A stretch of 64,000 nt of DNA from Terriglobia bacterium (lineage in GTDB: Bacteria; Acidobacteriota; Terriglobia; 20CM-2-55-15). The stretch lies in the NCBI GenBank assembly GCA_965262425.1, contig OZ253536.1, positions 5,325,085 through 5,389,084 on the forward strand, given 5' to 3'. The notes beneath the pieces were generated by a model. It ran no database searches. It was not told the origin of the DNA and saw only the letters and a list, made by a program, of their open reading frames with translations. Position numbers and translations under genes: made by a program. This document shows positions 18,796-29,867 of the stretch, piece after piece (position 1 is the first letter of the stretch; every line of letters starts with the position of its first letter).

Positions 18796-18926
18796 GCTCT
18801 CCCTTTCTATCGCAAAATTCGTCAACCGTAAAGAAATCACGCTCTCAAAATCGCAATCGTCAGTATGCTACGATTATGTTCGACAACTATATAACTATTG
18901 TCATAGTATGTCATCTCGTATCGAAC

Positions 18927-19520
18927 ATGAGTCTCGAACACATCCTGCTGGGCATGTTGCATGTGCCGGCAAGCGGCTATGACATCAAGAGCGATTTCAG
19001 CCAGGGGGCCCGTCACTTCTGGTCCGCAGAGCTCAGCCAGATCTATCCCGCCCTGAAGAAGCTCGAGAAGCGTGGGTGGTTGAGGAGCAGAATCGAACCT
19101 CCGGCCAAAGGGCCGCCCCGTCGCGTTTATCACAGAACCGCCAGGGGACGTCGGGAACTGATTGGGTGGCTTACCGCCGGACCGCAGATGGGAGCCGAGC
19201 GGTTTGCCTACCTCGGCCAGCTGTGCTTCATGCACGAACTGGACGATATTGAATCGACCTCGAAGTTTATGCGCGACCTGAAATCTCGACTCGGTGAATT
19301 CCTGGAGTTGCTTCGCCAGGCCGAGTCGGAGCTGACCCGGGGCGGCACCGAAGATCTCGACCACCTGAACTCCGAGGAGTTTCATGATGTGCTGGCCCTT
19401 CGCATGGGCATTCACTCTCTCGGTGCAAAGGTCCGGTGGTGCGACGAGTCGCTGGAGCGGATCCGAAACCGTCGGCCGTCGAAAGGCGTCAAAGCCCTCG
19501 GGTCAAACACGAAACGATAA
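18927..19520 (+). CDS. PadR family regulator with a C-terminal helical domain
   Basis: MSLEHILLGML...SGYDIK...FWSAELSQIYPALKKLE...RRVY. Confidence 0.9.
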   Translation: MSLEHILLGMLHVPASGYDIKSDFSQGARHFWSAELSQIYPALKKLEKRGWLRSRIEPPAKGPPRRVYHRTARGRRELIGWLTAGPQMGAERFAYLGQLCFMHELDDIESTSKFMRDLKSRLGEFLELLRQAESELTRGGTEDLDHLNSEEFHDVLALRMGIHSLGAKVRWCDESLERIRNRRPSKGVKALGSNTKR

Positions 19521-20070
19521 GGAGGCCCGTAGTGGCTGAAACGATTCACGGCGCCCTGCGCGCGCTGCACATTACGATGGGTTTTCTCGGCCTGGCTATG
19601 TTCTGGATTCTAGCGTTTGCGCCGAAAGGACGCCGGACCCACATTACCGCCGGAAAGGTGTTCAGCCTGTGCGCATACACCGTCGCACTGACGGCCCTCG
19701 GGTCGTCTCTGTGGGTCTTCATCCACCCTTCGAGCTGGACGGGCCAGTCGGTGACACTATCCCAGATACCCGCCAACCAGATCATGTTCATCGCCATCCT
19801 TGGATTGCTGTCCATCTTCCTCCTGCAGGGCGTCGAGAACGGGATGCGCGCTGTCCGCACGCGGCATCAGCCGGAGACGTTTGCCGGAACCCGACTCCGT
19901 TCCCTCAATCTGGCACAGCTGTTGGCGAGTGTCGCCGTGTTTCTCTTCGGCGTTTACCACGTCGTCGGGGGGAGCGGCCCCATGTTCTGGATCCCGGTTG
20001 CCCTTGGAGCGGCTGGAATTGCCGATTTCGTCGAACACCGAAAGTTCTTAGCCAACCCCCGTCCCACACC

Positions 20071-21511
20071 GAAAGTGTGCCAATCTTAGTTGGAAATTGA
20101 AACGGCTCCAAACCCTATGGTTTGATGGTATTGGAAGAAACAACATCAAGCCTGTAAGAGAAAGGAGCCGAGATGAGCAGTCTGTTACGTTCGGTGAAGA
20201 AACGCAAGAAGTCGCGTGTGCTGGGTGAGGTCGAGGTCCTGAGCCGGGAGGAATACTCGGGACTGGAATTGGACTCGAAGGTGGAGATGATTCGGGCGTT
20301 GATCCCACTGGGGTTGATGCACGTGGAGGAGTTGCTCGACGAGGAAGTGAAGGCGTTGGCGGGTGAGCGATACGCGCGAAAGGAGGCGACGTTGAGGGGC
20401 CGGCGACACGGGAGTAATCCGGGGACCGTGGGGCTCGGGGGCCAGCGGGTGCCGGTTCGGGTGCCTCGAGTGCGCAGCGTGGCGGGCGGGGAGATTCCGC
20501 TTCGGAGCTACGAGGAACTCAGTCCGGATGGCGCGGTGAACGAACTGCTTCTCAGACGTGTGCTTTATGGGATCTCCTGCCGGAACTACGAGTCGGCCGC
20601 GGAAGCGATTCCAGGAGCCATCGGATTGTCGAGCTCGACGGTGTCTCGAGGATTCGTCCAGGCGAGTGGGGCGAAACTTCGGGAGATGCAGGAGCGGGAT
20701 CTGTCGGCCGAGGACGTGGTGGCGATCTTCCTGGACGGGAAAATGTTTGCCGACGCCACGATGGTTGTGGCCCTGGGCATCACAATTACGGGCGACAAAC
20801 GCTTCTTAGGCTTCGTGGAGACGAGTACGGAGAACGAGCAGGTACTGACTCCGTTTCTCCGTTCATTGATGGAGCGAGGCCTGGACATCTCTGAAGGCGT
20901 GCTGGTGATCGTCGACGGCGGCAAAGGTCTGCGCGCGGCAGTCAAGCGGGCATTCGGTAATCGAGCCCTGGTCCAACGCTGCCAATGGCACAAACGCGAG
21001 AACGTGGTGAGCTACCTGTCGAAGACCGAGCAAGCCGCGTGGCGCAAGCGGCTTCAGCGTGCGTACCAGCGCCCGGAGTACAACGAAGCCCGGGCGGCCC
21101 TCGAACAGCTCCATGGAGAGCTCGAGGAGCGAAACCAATCGGCCGCTACGAGCCTTGAGGAAGGCCTGGAGGAGACCCTCACGTTGCATCGACTCGGCGT
21201 GTACGGGGTCCTGGGCCGTTCGTTCAAGACGACGAATTGCTTGGAATCGGTCAATGCCCTCGTCGAGGAAAGGTGCGCGAAGGTCGATCATTGGAAGAAC
21301 TCGAGCCAGCGGCAGCGCTGGTTGGCGACGGCGCTCATCGACATCGAACCACGCTTGAGGAAGGTGATCGGCTACCGTCATCTTCCAAAGCTCCGCGAAG
21401 CCCTCAGGCGGGAGCTGAAGATTGAGGCGAAGACGTCGACGAGATCGAAGAAGAAGGTTGCGTGACCAATCGTGAGCCGTGGAGAGTTTCAACTAAGAAT
21501 GGGATTGACTC
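20071..21511 (+). mobile_element. IS256-family insertion sequence
   Basis: Imperfect TIRs sharing TCTTAGTTG; 9-bp TSD TCCCACACC. Confidence 0.9.
20173..21465 (+). CDS. IS256-family transposase
   Basis: IFLDG, VDGGKGL, QRCQWHKREN, TTNCLESVN. Confidence 0.93.
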   Translation: MSSLLRSVKKRKKSRVLGEVEVLSREEYSGLELDSKVEMIRALIPLGLMHVEELLDEEVKALAGERYARKEATLRGRRHGSNPGTVGLGGQRVPVRVPRVRSVAGGEIPLRSYEELSPDGAVNELLLRRVLYGISCRNYESAAEAIPGAIGLSSSTVSRGFVQASGAKLREMQERDLSAEDVVAIFLDGKMFADATMVVALGITITGDKRFLGFVETSTENEQVLTPFLRSLMERGLDISEGVLVIVDGGKGLRAAVKRAFGNRALVQRCQWHKRENVVSYLSKTEQAAWRKRLQRAYQRPEYNEARAALEQLHGELEERNQSAATSLEEGLEETLTLHRLGVYGVLGRSFKTTNCLESVNALVEERCAKVDHWKNSSQRQRWLATALIDIEPRLRKVIGYRHLPKLREALRRELKIEAKTSTRSKKKVA

Positions 21512-21788
21512 TCCCACACCGATGGCCTGGTGGTACAAGCACATGGACGGCATGGTGGGTTCGGGCATCGCCTTTCACACGGCCTTCCTTGTGTTTGGAG
21601 CGCGGAGTGTTTTTGGCGGCGCCCTGATCGAAGGGACGTGGTCATTCCTGCCCTGGGTCTTGCCGACTGCTCTGGGATTACCCGCGCTTCATTTCTGGAC
21701 TCGGTACTACAAGAGGAAGTTCGGAGACCTCCCCCGGAAGGTCCCCGGGGAGTCTGTGGTTCAGAGCTAGCTAGCGGTACACAGGAAA

Positions 21789-21823
21789 GCGTGTCGGGGT
21801 GGCCGTCCCTGGCCACCCGCGGG
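21789..21823 (+). repeat. REP-like palindrome, type A
   Basis: GCGTGTCGGGGTGGCCGTCCCTGGCCACCCGCGGG. Confidence 0.85.
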
Positions 21824-21910
21824 CCAGGACGAATCGCCCGCCCAGGAATCCCCCAATAACCCAGCACCCGCCACAAGACAATCACCCGAACAAGGAAGCT
21901 CTCCCCCTAG

Positions 21911-23660
21911 CCCGCATTTCTCATGAATGGTGCCCAAGACTGCATTTAGGAGAAGGAAAAGGCGTCGGAAGCTGGTTGGCGGGAGCAAAGATGCCGACTG
22001 AGCTGAGAAAGTGGGCCTGGATGACGGGTGTTGCAGGGAATGGTGAGGTGAAATCGGATTACAGAGACAGCTATCCCGACCAAAGACGGGAAGGTTGGGA
22101 TGTCTGAGAAGAAGTGATTAACAGCGCAGAGGGATTTGTTGAAGGTTCGCGTAAATCTGAGCGAACACCGTAGCGTAGGGGTAGCCTCCAGCCATCCGAA
22201 TCCAGACTCGACGCACCGTGACATGGATCTGGGCTGCGATCTTGAGCAGCTTCAGGCGAATCGTGGTGCACTGCGCCCGCGCGAATTCGGTACCCTGCAA
22301 GCCGAGCCGTCGCAAGGCCTGCATCAGCATGTACGCCACCGATGAAAGGTAGAGTCGGAGTTGATTGGCGCGCATGGTGGCCGTGCTGGTCCGATCGGCG
22401 AACAATCCGAGTTGTTGCTCTTTGATCCGGTTTTCCATGTCTCCCCGTGCACAGTAGGTCTGTTCATAGATGTGCCTTGGGGATGTTCGTCCTTTCGGTA
22501 ACGAGGTAACGATAAACCGGGGATTGGCGCCCTTGGCCAGATGTTCGGCCTTACCAATGATGCGTCGCTCACGAGTCCAGCTGTCTCGGGTCTGATACAG
22601 AAACGTCTTAAAGACGCGCGCCGGCTTTCCGGTCCTGTCGAACCGCTTTTTTGCCGTCGCCATCGGAGTTTCAATCGCGGCTAGCAGCCGATTGTTCTTC
22701 GCCAGTCCGATCACGTAATCGACACGGTGTTGGGCCTCGCACCAGGTCAGGATCTCATCGCGGCAGAAACCCGAGTCCCCCCGAATCACGATCTGGACTC
22801 TGGGCCACTTCTGCCGAATCTGTCCCACGATCCGTTCCAGTTCCTCTACCGATCCGTCCGCACCATCGATGTCGGAGCGTCGTAGCCGGGAACACAACAC
22901 GAACTCCCCACAGAAAATATAAAGCGGCAGATAACAATAGTGCCTGTAGTAGCCGTGAAAGAAGCGACCCTCCTGATTCCCGTGTATCAGATCGTCGGTC
23001 GCATCCAGATCCAGAATGATCTGCCGCGGTGCCCGCCGATGGGCCTGGAGGAACACGTCCACCATCAGCCGATCTATCGCCGCTTCGTCCCGGCCGATCT
23101 TCTTGGTCGGGTGCTTTGCCGCACCCTCGGTCGACAGTTCCAGTCGGTTCAACGTGCTCTTGCCCGCCAGGGCCTTACCTCGATCTCGAGCTTGTTTCCG
23201 TGTCCGGCCCTTCGGATCGGTCTCACCCACCATCACCGCCAGCACCGGATCCGATCGGAGTTGATCGTGGTCGTTCAGATCTTCATAGCCCAAACACAAT
23301 CCGTACACCCGTTGCGACACCAGTTGTTCGATCCCGTGTTCCACAAATCGCGGGTCCCGATAATCCCGGAAACATTCGGCAAACTGTTTCAGGATCCCGG
23401 TCCGTTTTTCCGTTTCTCGTAGCAGCAAACCGCCCGCGTCCGTGCTGATGTCTCCCCCGTCGAATTGCCCCCGGACTTCCCGTGTACCTAATGCGTGATA
23501 TTGAATCGTTTCTGTTTTACACTCTGTCATGACAAAGGCCGCCTCCGTCTTGGCTTGAAAGTTTCTATTCAAAACCTTCTATGCCAGACAGGGCGGCCTT
23601 TTTCGGTCCTTTCCCTTCTTACTCGTTTCGATTTATTTCAAATCTCTTGAGAAATGCGGG
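21911..23660 (-). mobile_element. IS1380-family insertion sequence
   Basis: TIR CCCGCATTTCTCA(T/A)GA at both ends; CTAG duplicated (21907-21910 and 23661-23664). Confidence 0.92.
22118..23530 (-). CDS. IS1380-family transposase
   Basis: FDGGDISTDAG, GYEDLNDHD, LDLDATDD, RGDSGF, YCARGDMENRIKEQQ. Confidence 0.94.
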   Translation of the reverse strand: MTECKTETIQYHALGTREVRGQFDGGDISTDAGGLLLRETEKRTGILKQFAECFRDYRDPRFVEHGIEQLVSQRVYGLCLGYEDLNDHDQLRSDPVLAVMVGETDPKGRTRKQARDRGKALAGKSTLNRLELSTEGAAKHPTKKIGRDEAAIDRLMVDVFLQAHRRAPRQIILDLDATDDLIHGNQEGRFFHGYYRHYCYLPLYIFCGEFVLCSRLRRSDIDGADGSVEELERIVGQIRQKWPRVQIVIRGDSGFCRDEILTWCEAQHRVDYVIGLAKNNRLLAAIETPMATAKKRFDRTGKPARVFKTFLYQTRDSWTRERRIIGKAEHLAKGANPRFIVTSLPKGRTSPRHIYEQTYCARGDMENRIKEQQLGLFADRTSTATMRANQLRLYLSSVAYMLMQALRRLGLQGTEFARAQCTTIRLKLLKIAAQIHVTVRRVWIRMAGGYPYATVFAQIYANLQQIPLRC

Positions 23661-25061
23661 CTAGTTCGACACGACTCGATAGCAGGGCTTGTAGGACTCT
23701 GAGGCGATTTTCATCCGCCCCTGATCGACGAAGCTCCGAAGAACCTTGTCGAGCAGGTCCATGACGCCGGGGTCGCCCCTTATCTCGAACGGCCCATTCT
23801 GGCGTATCAGTCGAATCCCGTGGTCTTTGATGTTCCCCGTCACTATTGCCGAAAAGGCGCGCCGCAGATTCGATGCCAGCTCGTGGGGCGCCAGGTCCCG
23901 ATGGAGCACCAGGTCCCGAACCGTTTCGTGACAGACCTCAAACGGTCGTTGATAGTCGTGGGGCACCTGCAATAACCAATTGAAGTAGAAGGCATCCCCA
24001 CTCTTGCGCCGCTGGGTCCGAACCTTGCGAATGCTTCGACCCATCCGCCGGGCCACGGCCCGAGCGTCGCCGATAATGATGCGATAGCGATTACGCGCTT
24101 CATCGCCCAGGGTCGCGCTGATGAAACGGTCGATCTGATCGAAGTAGTCCCGGCTTTTCTCTGGTCCTGTGAACACGACAGGCAAATCCTGATCGGCGTT
24201 GGCCGGGTCCATCAGCACGCCCAGCAGGTACAGGATTTCTTCTGCCGTTCCCGCACCGCCCGGAAAGACGATTATTCCGTGGCCGATACGCAGGAACGCT
24301 TCAAGACGTTTCTCTATATCCAGTAGAACCACCAGGTGGTTGACGATCGGATTCGGCGGTTCGGCCGCGATGATGCCGGGCTCGGTCAGACCCACATGAC
24401 GGGCCTCGCCGAGACGCTGTTTGGCATGGCCGATGGCCGCACCCTTCATTGGACCCTTCATGGCGCCCGGGCCACAGCCGGTGCACACATCCAGGCCGCG
24501 CAACCCCAGGTGATAACCGACGCTTTTGGTGTACTCGTACTCGGTGCGGGATATGGCATGGCCGCCCCAGCACACTACGAGGTTCGGGGCGAGATCTGGA
24601 TCCAGAATGCCGGCGTGTTTCAGGATGTGAAACACCGCATCCGTGATGCCTTCCCCCCGACCCAGATCAAACCGCTGGTTCTGTTCGATCTGGGTACCGA
24701 TGTAAACGAGATCCCGCAACACGGCGAACAGGTGCTGGCGAATCCCCTCGATGATCCGCCCGTCGACAAAAGCACCCGGCGGTGCATTTTCGATCTTCAG
24801 CTTGAGCCCCCGGGTGCGTTGTACTATTTCGATAGAGAAATTACGATAGCGGTCAAATATTGCCGCGGCATCGTCTTCCTCGCTGCCCGTGTTCATCACG
24901 GCAAGGGCACAGCTCCGCAGCAGATCGAAGAGCCGGGATTTCTCCTCTGACCCCGCGGCCACCCGCAGTTGCTCCACCTCGCTCTGGGACAGCACCTCCA
25001 GGGTCCCCCGGGGGCTGACCTCCGTATTGATCGTGTCCTGGGTTGAGGGAGTCTTCACCAT
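23661..25061 (-). CDS. ppnN: Nucleotide 5'-monophosphate nucleosidase (LOG family, YgdH)
   Basis: [52 protein letters not shown]. Confidence 0.93.
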   Translation of the reverse strand: MVKTPSTQDTINTEVSPRGTLEVLSQSEVEQLRVAAGSEEKSRLFDLLRSCALAVMNTGSEEDDAAAIFDRYRNFSIEIVQRTRGLKLKIENAPPGAFVDGRIIEGIRQHLFAVLRDLVYIGTQIEQNQRFDLGRGEGITDAVFHILKHAGILDPDLAPNLVVCWGGHAISRTEYEYTKSVGYHLGLRGLDVCTGCGPGAMKGPMKGAAIGHAKQRLGEARHVGLTEPGIIAAEPPNPIVNHLVVLLDIEKRLEAFLRIGHGIIVFPGGAGTAEEILYLLGVLMDPANADQDLPVVFTGPEKSRDYFDQIDRFISATLGDEARNRYRIIIGDARAVARRMGRSIRKVRTQRRKSGDAFYFNWLLQVPHDYQRPFEVCHETVRDLVLHRDLAPHELASNLRRAFSAIVTGNIKDHGIRLIRQNGPFEIRGDPGVMDLLDKVLRSFVDQGRMKIASESYKPCYRVVSN

Positions 25062-25167
25062 TCCAGCTTAGCGTATCGAACGCCGGGTGCGCCAAAATCG
25101 GAGCGTTCCGATCCCGGACCGCGGTACAACGCCGGATCTGGCGCGGTTCCACCGCTCAGCCCCCTAT

Positions 25168-26214
25168 CTAATTCCCGTCCAGATACTCCTTCCTCAACTT
25201 CGCGACGACGGTAAAGTGCGGATCGACCACATTGGCGATTTCAAACTCAAGGAGGTGTCCCATCAACAGGCCGGCCGCACGTTCGTCGAACCCGTAGTCG
25301 GTCATGAGCCATCTTTGAAGTTCTGTTGTGGCGTGCTGCAGAGCCTGAAGCAGAGGCCGAGCGCTACCGAGGACCATGATGTAGTCGTCGTTTTCCAGAC
25401 GCGGCCAGTTGATCGTCTTGCCCTTGACCAGATCCACGGAAAACTCGACGTCCATCGATACTTCCAGCGCGTTCCCGGCGACTTCGCCGTGACCTTGCCG
25501 CGCATGGCCATCGCCTACGAAGAGCAGCGCTCCGGGTTCGAAGACCGGGAGCATCAACGTCACGCCTTCGACCAGACCGAAATAGTCCATGTTGCCGCCG
25601 AACTCGCCCGGAGTTGCGGTGGACACCGCTTCCTTGTTCGGCGGTGCCACGGCGACGCATCCGAGCATTGGCACCAGAGGGATTTCGAGAGGGGGGCGCA
25701 GGTCCGGAGTTGTCGTCCTCGCGATTCCCTCATCCAGGTCCAGTTCCCAGACCTCACACCGCGGCGAGTCCAGGTCCACGCAAGTTTGGGGCTCGGGAAC
25801 TCTTCCACCCTGGGAGCGGAGGTAGAACGGGTCGACCGCGTATGGCGCCAGCACCTGAGCGGACCATGCGGTCGTTCGGTTCGGCTGGATCTTTTCGATT
25901 CGAACAACCAGCATGTCCCCGGGCTCGGCTCCCTCGATGTAGAAAGGGCCGGTTTCCGGGTTCCACCGCCCGGCGACTTCCGTTCCCGTCTCATCGTAGC
26001 CCCGTGCGTCGATTGTTTTCGTGATGACCCTGTCGCCCGGAGCAATCCGCAGCACCGGTTCATGCGCGAAGGAAAACGTGTTGAAGTAGTGATCAGCCTG
26101 AAATCGATGTGTTTGTCCGCCTGCCTGTGGCGGAGGTTCGGCAGCCGGCAGGAGTCCTGCCAGAAAAACGAGTAACAACGATGCATTGACTATCTGGGTT
26201 GCTTGTCGGTTCAT
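25168..26214 (-). CDS. Acetamidase/formamidase family protein with a signal peptide
   Basis: NPETGPFYIEGAEPGD, GGNMD, GDGHARQGHGEV. Confidence 0.88.
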   Translation of the reverse strand: MNRQATQIVNASLLLVFLAGLLPAAEPPPQAGGQTHRFQADHYFNTFSFAHEPVLRIAPGDRVITKTIDARGYDETGTEVAGRWNPETGPFYIEGAEPGDMLVVRIEKIQPNRTTAWSAQVLAPYAVDPFYLRSQGGRVPEPQTCVDLDSPRCEVWELDLDEGIARTTTPDLRPPLEIPLVPMLGCVAVAPPNKEAVSTATPGEFGGNMDYFGLVEGVTLMLPVFEPGALLFVGDGHARQGHGEVAGNALEVSMDVEFSVDLVKGKTINWPRLENDDYIMVLGSARPLLQALQHATTELQRWLMTDYGFDERAAGLLMGHLLEFEIANVVDPHFTVVAKLRKEYLDGN

Positions 26215-26412
26215 TTGCTCCTCCCGGTCTTCGACCGGCACTATCTTGCGCCAGTCGGCCGCCTAATGACAGCTTTCCGTGCCGCCGCCGTTGCCTGATT
26301 CTCAAGCAAGCGAACAAAGACTGCCGGTTAGGCTGTCAGCAATCGCATTGATTGACACGCCACGCCTCTGCCGATAGCATCCTGTCACTGCCGGTTTCAC
26401 TGGAGGATCCAC

Positions 26413-27477
26413 ATGAGGAGCCGTTCGAGATCTTTCTCGATTGCGACGACCCTGCTGATGTTGGCCGCTTGCGCCCCGAGCACCGTTCCGGGCTCGGGAG
26501 ACGGGGTGTCCGCTGGCGTGGCGAACGGTATCGAACCGATTACCTGGCGCATCCAGAGCAATCTGAATGCGGGGGAGCCGGGATACGAGGCGGTTCGAGT
26601 GGAGTTCGTTGAACTGGCCGAGAGGATGTCTGGTGGAAGAATCAGGTTCCAACTGCATCCGGTCGGCGCGTTGTTCCCTGTAGAAGAAGGCCTCGAAGCC
26701 ATCGGCAACGGCCTGATTGACATGGCCCTCCTCACGGGTGGCTATTACGCAGGCAAGCTGGGACCGATCGCCAATCTCGAGATGGGTGTGCCCGGATCGC
26801 TGCACACGCCCCTGGAGCGCCACAATTTCTTTTACCGCGCCGGGTTTCTGGACCTGGTGCGAGAAGTTTACGGGAAGTTCGGCGTGTACTACCTGGGTCC
26901 GCAACTCTCGCCCGCGTGGGACATGATGTCGAGCAAACCGATCACCCGGATGAAGGACTTTGAGGGCCTCAAGATCCGTGCTTTCGGAATCGAGGCCGAG
27001 TGGTATTCGAAGATGGGTGCATCTCCGGTTTTCATGGACGGTGGGGAAATCTATACCGGCCTCGCTACCGGTGTCGTCGATGCGGCACGTTGGTCCAGCC
27101 CTTCCGGCAATCAGACCAATTCGTATCACGAAGTGGCGAAGTACTACATCCAGCCCTCGCCAATGCCGGTGCCGAACAACTTCTTCGCGGTAAACGCCGA
27201 AGCCTGGAACAAACTTCCTGATGACCTGAAGGCGATCCTGGATCAAGCGGCGCAGGCGTCATCCATGGCTTATCTGTCGCGAGCGATGCTTGCGGATTCA
27301 CGGGCCATGCAGGAGATGCAGGCGGCCGGCGTGGAGATCAGCAGGATCGATGATGCCGAGTGGGCTGAAATCGAAGCCGTCGCGAAGCTCCTGTGGGAAG
27401 GGTATGCCGAGCAAGGAGACCTGCCCAGGCGTGGGGTCGAACTGCTTCAGAAGTATCTCGCCGATCTCGGGCGCTAG
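26413..27477 (+). CDS. dctP: TRAP transporter substrate-binding lipoprotein
   Basis: LAAC lipobox; MSGGRI, DFEGLKIR, EIYTGLATGVVD, WNKLPDDLK. Confidence 0.92.
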   Translation: MRSRSRSFSIATTLLMLAACAPSTVPGSGDGVSAGVANGIEPITWRIQSNLNAGEPGYEAVRVEFVELAERMSGGRIRFQLHPVGALFPVEEGLEAIGNGLIDMALLTGGYYAGKLGPIANLEMGVPGSLHTPLERHNFFYRAGFLDLVREVYGKFGVYYLGPQLSPAWDMMSSKPITRMKDFEGLKIRAFGIEAEWYSKMGASPVFMDGGEIYTGLATGVVDAARWSSPSGNQTNSYHEVAKYYIQPSPMPVPNNFFAVNAEAWNKLPDDLKAILDQAAQASSMAYLSRAMLADSRAMQEMQAAGVEISRIDDAEWAEIEAVAKLLWEGYAEQGDLPRRGVELLQKYLADLGR

Positions 27478-27761
27478 GAGCCCGTGGTGGAAGTCTGTAG
27501 GGTCGCGCGCAGGGGTATTCGGGTCACAGGCGCGAAATGAGGAGCGGAACGATGCATAGTCCTCGTGACCGAGGCGCGAATGACGAAAGCCGTGACCGAC
27601 GTGGCCCGAAGACCCCTGCGCCCTACGGGTTACGACGGCATGGGGCCATCTGCGGCGTTGGCACTCCTAGATCGATGGCGAGCATCGACGTCGTCGTGCC
27701 GCCTTGCAGCTAGCCCCATGGCGCTCGTAACGCGACCCTACAGACTTCCACCACGGGCTCC
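27477..27761. mobile_element. 285-bp structured MITE with IS1182-like ends
   Basis: Perfect 31-bp TIR GGAGCCCGTGGTGGAAGTCTGTAGGGTCGCG; two long internal hairpins. Confidence 0.8.
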
Positions 27762-27944
27762 TTGGAGCCTGCGCGGCAGAAGGGATCGTAGCGAGAAAGT
27801 GGAGAATCGAGGACAGATTTTCTCGATTTTGAGGCGAATAGTGGTTCTATTTAACGAAAAATCGGGGAAATATGGACCGATTCCTACCGCTTTCGCAGTA
27901 GATTCCTTCTGCCGCGCAGGCTCCTACTGGACCAATCGGCAAAC

Positions 27945-28457
27945 ATGACGAAAACACTGTCCAGAATATCGCTCGCTCTCGATCGTTTTATCGAAGTGAT
28001 CGGGCGGACGGTATCGTTGCTGGTCCTGGCCGTCATTGGCGTCGTTTCGCTGGAGATGGTCCTCCGGTTCGTCTTCAACAAACCGACCCCCTGGGCACAC
28101 GAACTGAGTGCCTGGATGCAAGTCGCACTGGTCTTTCTCGGCGGCGCCTACGCCTTCACGAAGGGGCAGTTCGTCCGGATCGACATCCTTCAGACGCGCA
28201 TGACACCGCGGACGAAGGCATGGGTGGACCTCACGCTCGGTTCAGCCTTGTTGGGCCTGTTCGCCGGCGTGATGATCTGGGAGGGTGCGGATCTCGCCTG
28301 GCAGTCGTTCCAGATGGGTGAGGTGTCCGCCACCGGCGCCTGGTCCGGACCGGTGTTTATCGCAAAGACCTTCGTCCCCCTGGGCGGCGTCCTGTTGGCT
28401 ACGGCATGGGTCTCTCACATGCTGAAGCAACTCGTCATTGTGCTCGAAGCGGATTGA
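27945..28457 (+). CDS. dctQ: TRAP transporter small permease
   Basis: Four TM helices; RFVFNKPTPWAHEL, VRIDIL. Confidence 0.9.
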   Translation: MTKTLSRISLALDRFIEVIGRTVSLLVLAVIGVVSLEMVLRFVFNKPTPWAHELSAWMQVALVFLGGAYAFTKGQFVRIDILQTRMTPRTKAWVDLTLGSALLGLFAGVMIWEGADLAWQSFQMGEVSATGAWSGPVFIAKTFVPLGGVLLATAWVSHMLKQLVIVLEAD

Positions 28458-28464
28458 TCTCCCC

Positions 28465-29775
28465 ATGGGCCCCCTAGGAATCACACTCATTCTCTTTGGA
28501 AGCGTGATGGTCAGTCTGCTGGCGGGCATCCCCATCGCGATCGCGCTCGGCGGCGTCGGCGTCCTCATGATCTACCTGTTCTGGGGCACAAATGCGCTTG
28601 CGACATTGGCGATGAACGGGTTCTCCGTAACGTCGAGCTTCGAGTTCATGGCCATACCGCTGTTCATTTTCATGGCCAACATGCTGCATCACTCCGGGAT
28701 TGCCGATGATCTGTACGCGACCATGTATCACTTCTTCGGTCGCCTTCGTGGAGGTCTGGCAGCGGGGAGCGTTGTGATCTGCACGATCTTCGCTGCAATG
28801 GCCGGGATCAGCGGTGCGGCAACGATTTCCATGGGCGTCGTGGCCCTGCCGTCCATGCTCAACCGGGGATACTCGAAGGACATTGCTCTGGGCAGTATCG
28901 CCGCGGGCGGGTCACTGGGGATTCTGATCCCGCCGAGCGTCACGATGATCGTGTACGGCCTGGTTTCCGGAACTTCCATCGGCAAGCTCTATGCCGGTGG
29001 CGTTCTTCCGGGACTGATGCTTTCGGCCTTGTTTATCTCCTACATCCTGATTCGCAGCTGGCTTCGACCCGAGCTGGCGCCGGCCGCGGTGGACCAACCC
29101 GAGTGGGCTACGTGGGAAAGCGTCGCCTCACTGAAAGGGCTCGTGTTTCCCCTGATCCTTGTGGGATCCGTTCTGGGTTCGATCGTCACCGGCGTCGCCA
29201 GCATTTCCGAAGCCGCGGCGGTGGGCGCCGTCGGCAGTATCGCCGCCGCAGGGTTCAAGGGGCGCTGGACCTGGTCGGTCATCCGGGCAACCTGTGTCCA
29301 GACCCTGTTGCTCACATGCCTGATTTTCTGGATCATCATCGGTGCGTCGGCTCTGTCCACGTTCTACACGGCCATGGGCGCGGCCAGTCTGATTCAGGGG
29401 ATCGTTCTCGGATGGGATGTGAACCGCTATGTGATCTTGCTGGGCATCACGGTGATACTGCTGGTGATGGGAACGGTGATCGACACCGTCGGCATCATCA
29501 TGATCACAGCCCCTGTGTTTGTGCCCATCATCCGAGCGCTCGACTTTGACCTTGTATGGTTTGGTGTGCTGTTTATCGTGAACATGGAAGCCGGCTTCCT
29601 GACGCCGCCCTTCGGATACAACCTTTTCTATTTGAAAGGCGTGGCCCCGCCCGACGTGACCATGGTCGAGATTTACCGGTCCGTGTTACCGTTCATCCTG
29701 CTGATGTTCTTCGGCATGGGGCTACTGGTTCTGTTTCCGGAAATTGTGTTGGTCCTACCCAACGCTCTATTCTGA
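28465..29775 (+). CDS. dctM: TRAP transporter large permease
   Basis: AIPLFIFM, GSLGILIPPS, LTPPFGYNLF. Confidence 0.93.
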   Translation: MGPLGITLILFGSVMVSLLAGIPIAIALGGVGVLMIYLFWGTNALATLAMNGFSVTSSFEFMAIPLFIFMANMLHHSGIADDLYATMYHFFGRLRGGLAAGSVVICTIFAAMAGISGAATISMGVVALPSMLNRGYSKDIALGSIAAGGSLGILIPPSVTMIVYGLVSGTSIGKLYAGGVLPGLMLSALFISYILIRSWLRPELAPAAVDQPEWATWESVASLKGLVFPLILVGSVLGSIVTGVASISEAAAVGAVGSIAAAGFKGRWTWSVIRATCVQTLLLTCLIFWIIIGASALSTFYTAMGAASLIQGIVLGWDVNRYVILLGITVILLVMGTVIDTVGIIMITAPVFVPIIRALDFDLVWFGVLFIVNMEAGFLTPPFGYNLFYLKGVAPPDVTMVEIYRSVLPFILLMFFGMGLLVLFPEIVLVLPNALF

Positions 29776-29867
29776 ATCTTTAACTCGAAACGACGGCGAC
29801 TATCGGGCAGCCGTCGCGATCATTTGCCGAATCGATATATGTTCAACCTCCACAACCGAATTAATCG

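Larger units (their letters stand above)
19532..21770 (+). pseudogene. Membrane protein (DUF2306-like) split by IS256
   Basis: Removing 20071-21511 plus one TSD copy restores ...NPRPTP-MAWWYKHMDGM... in frame. Confidence 0.85.

Noticed and set aside
20071-23660. IS256 + IS1380 as one compound element
   Set aside because: They have separate TIRs and TSDs, with host gene sequence between them
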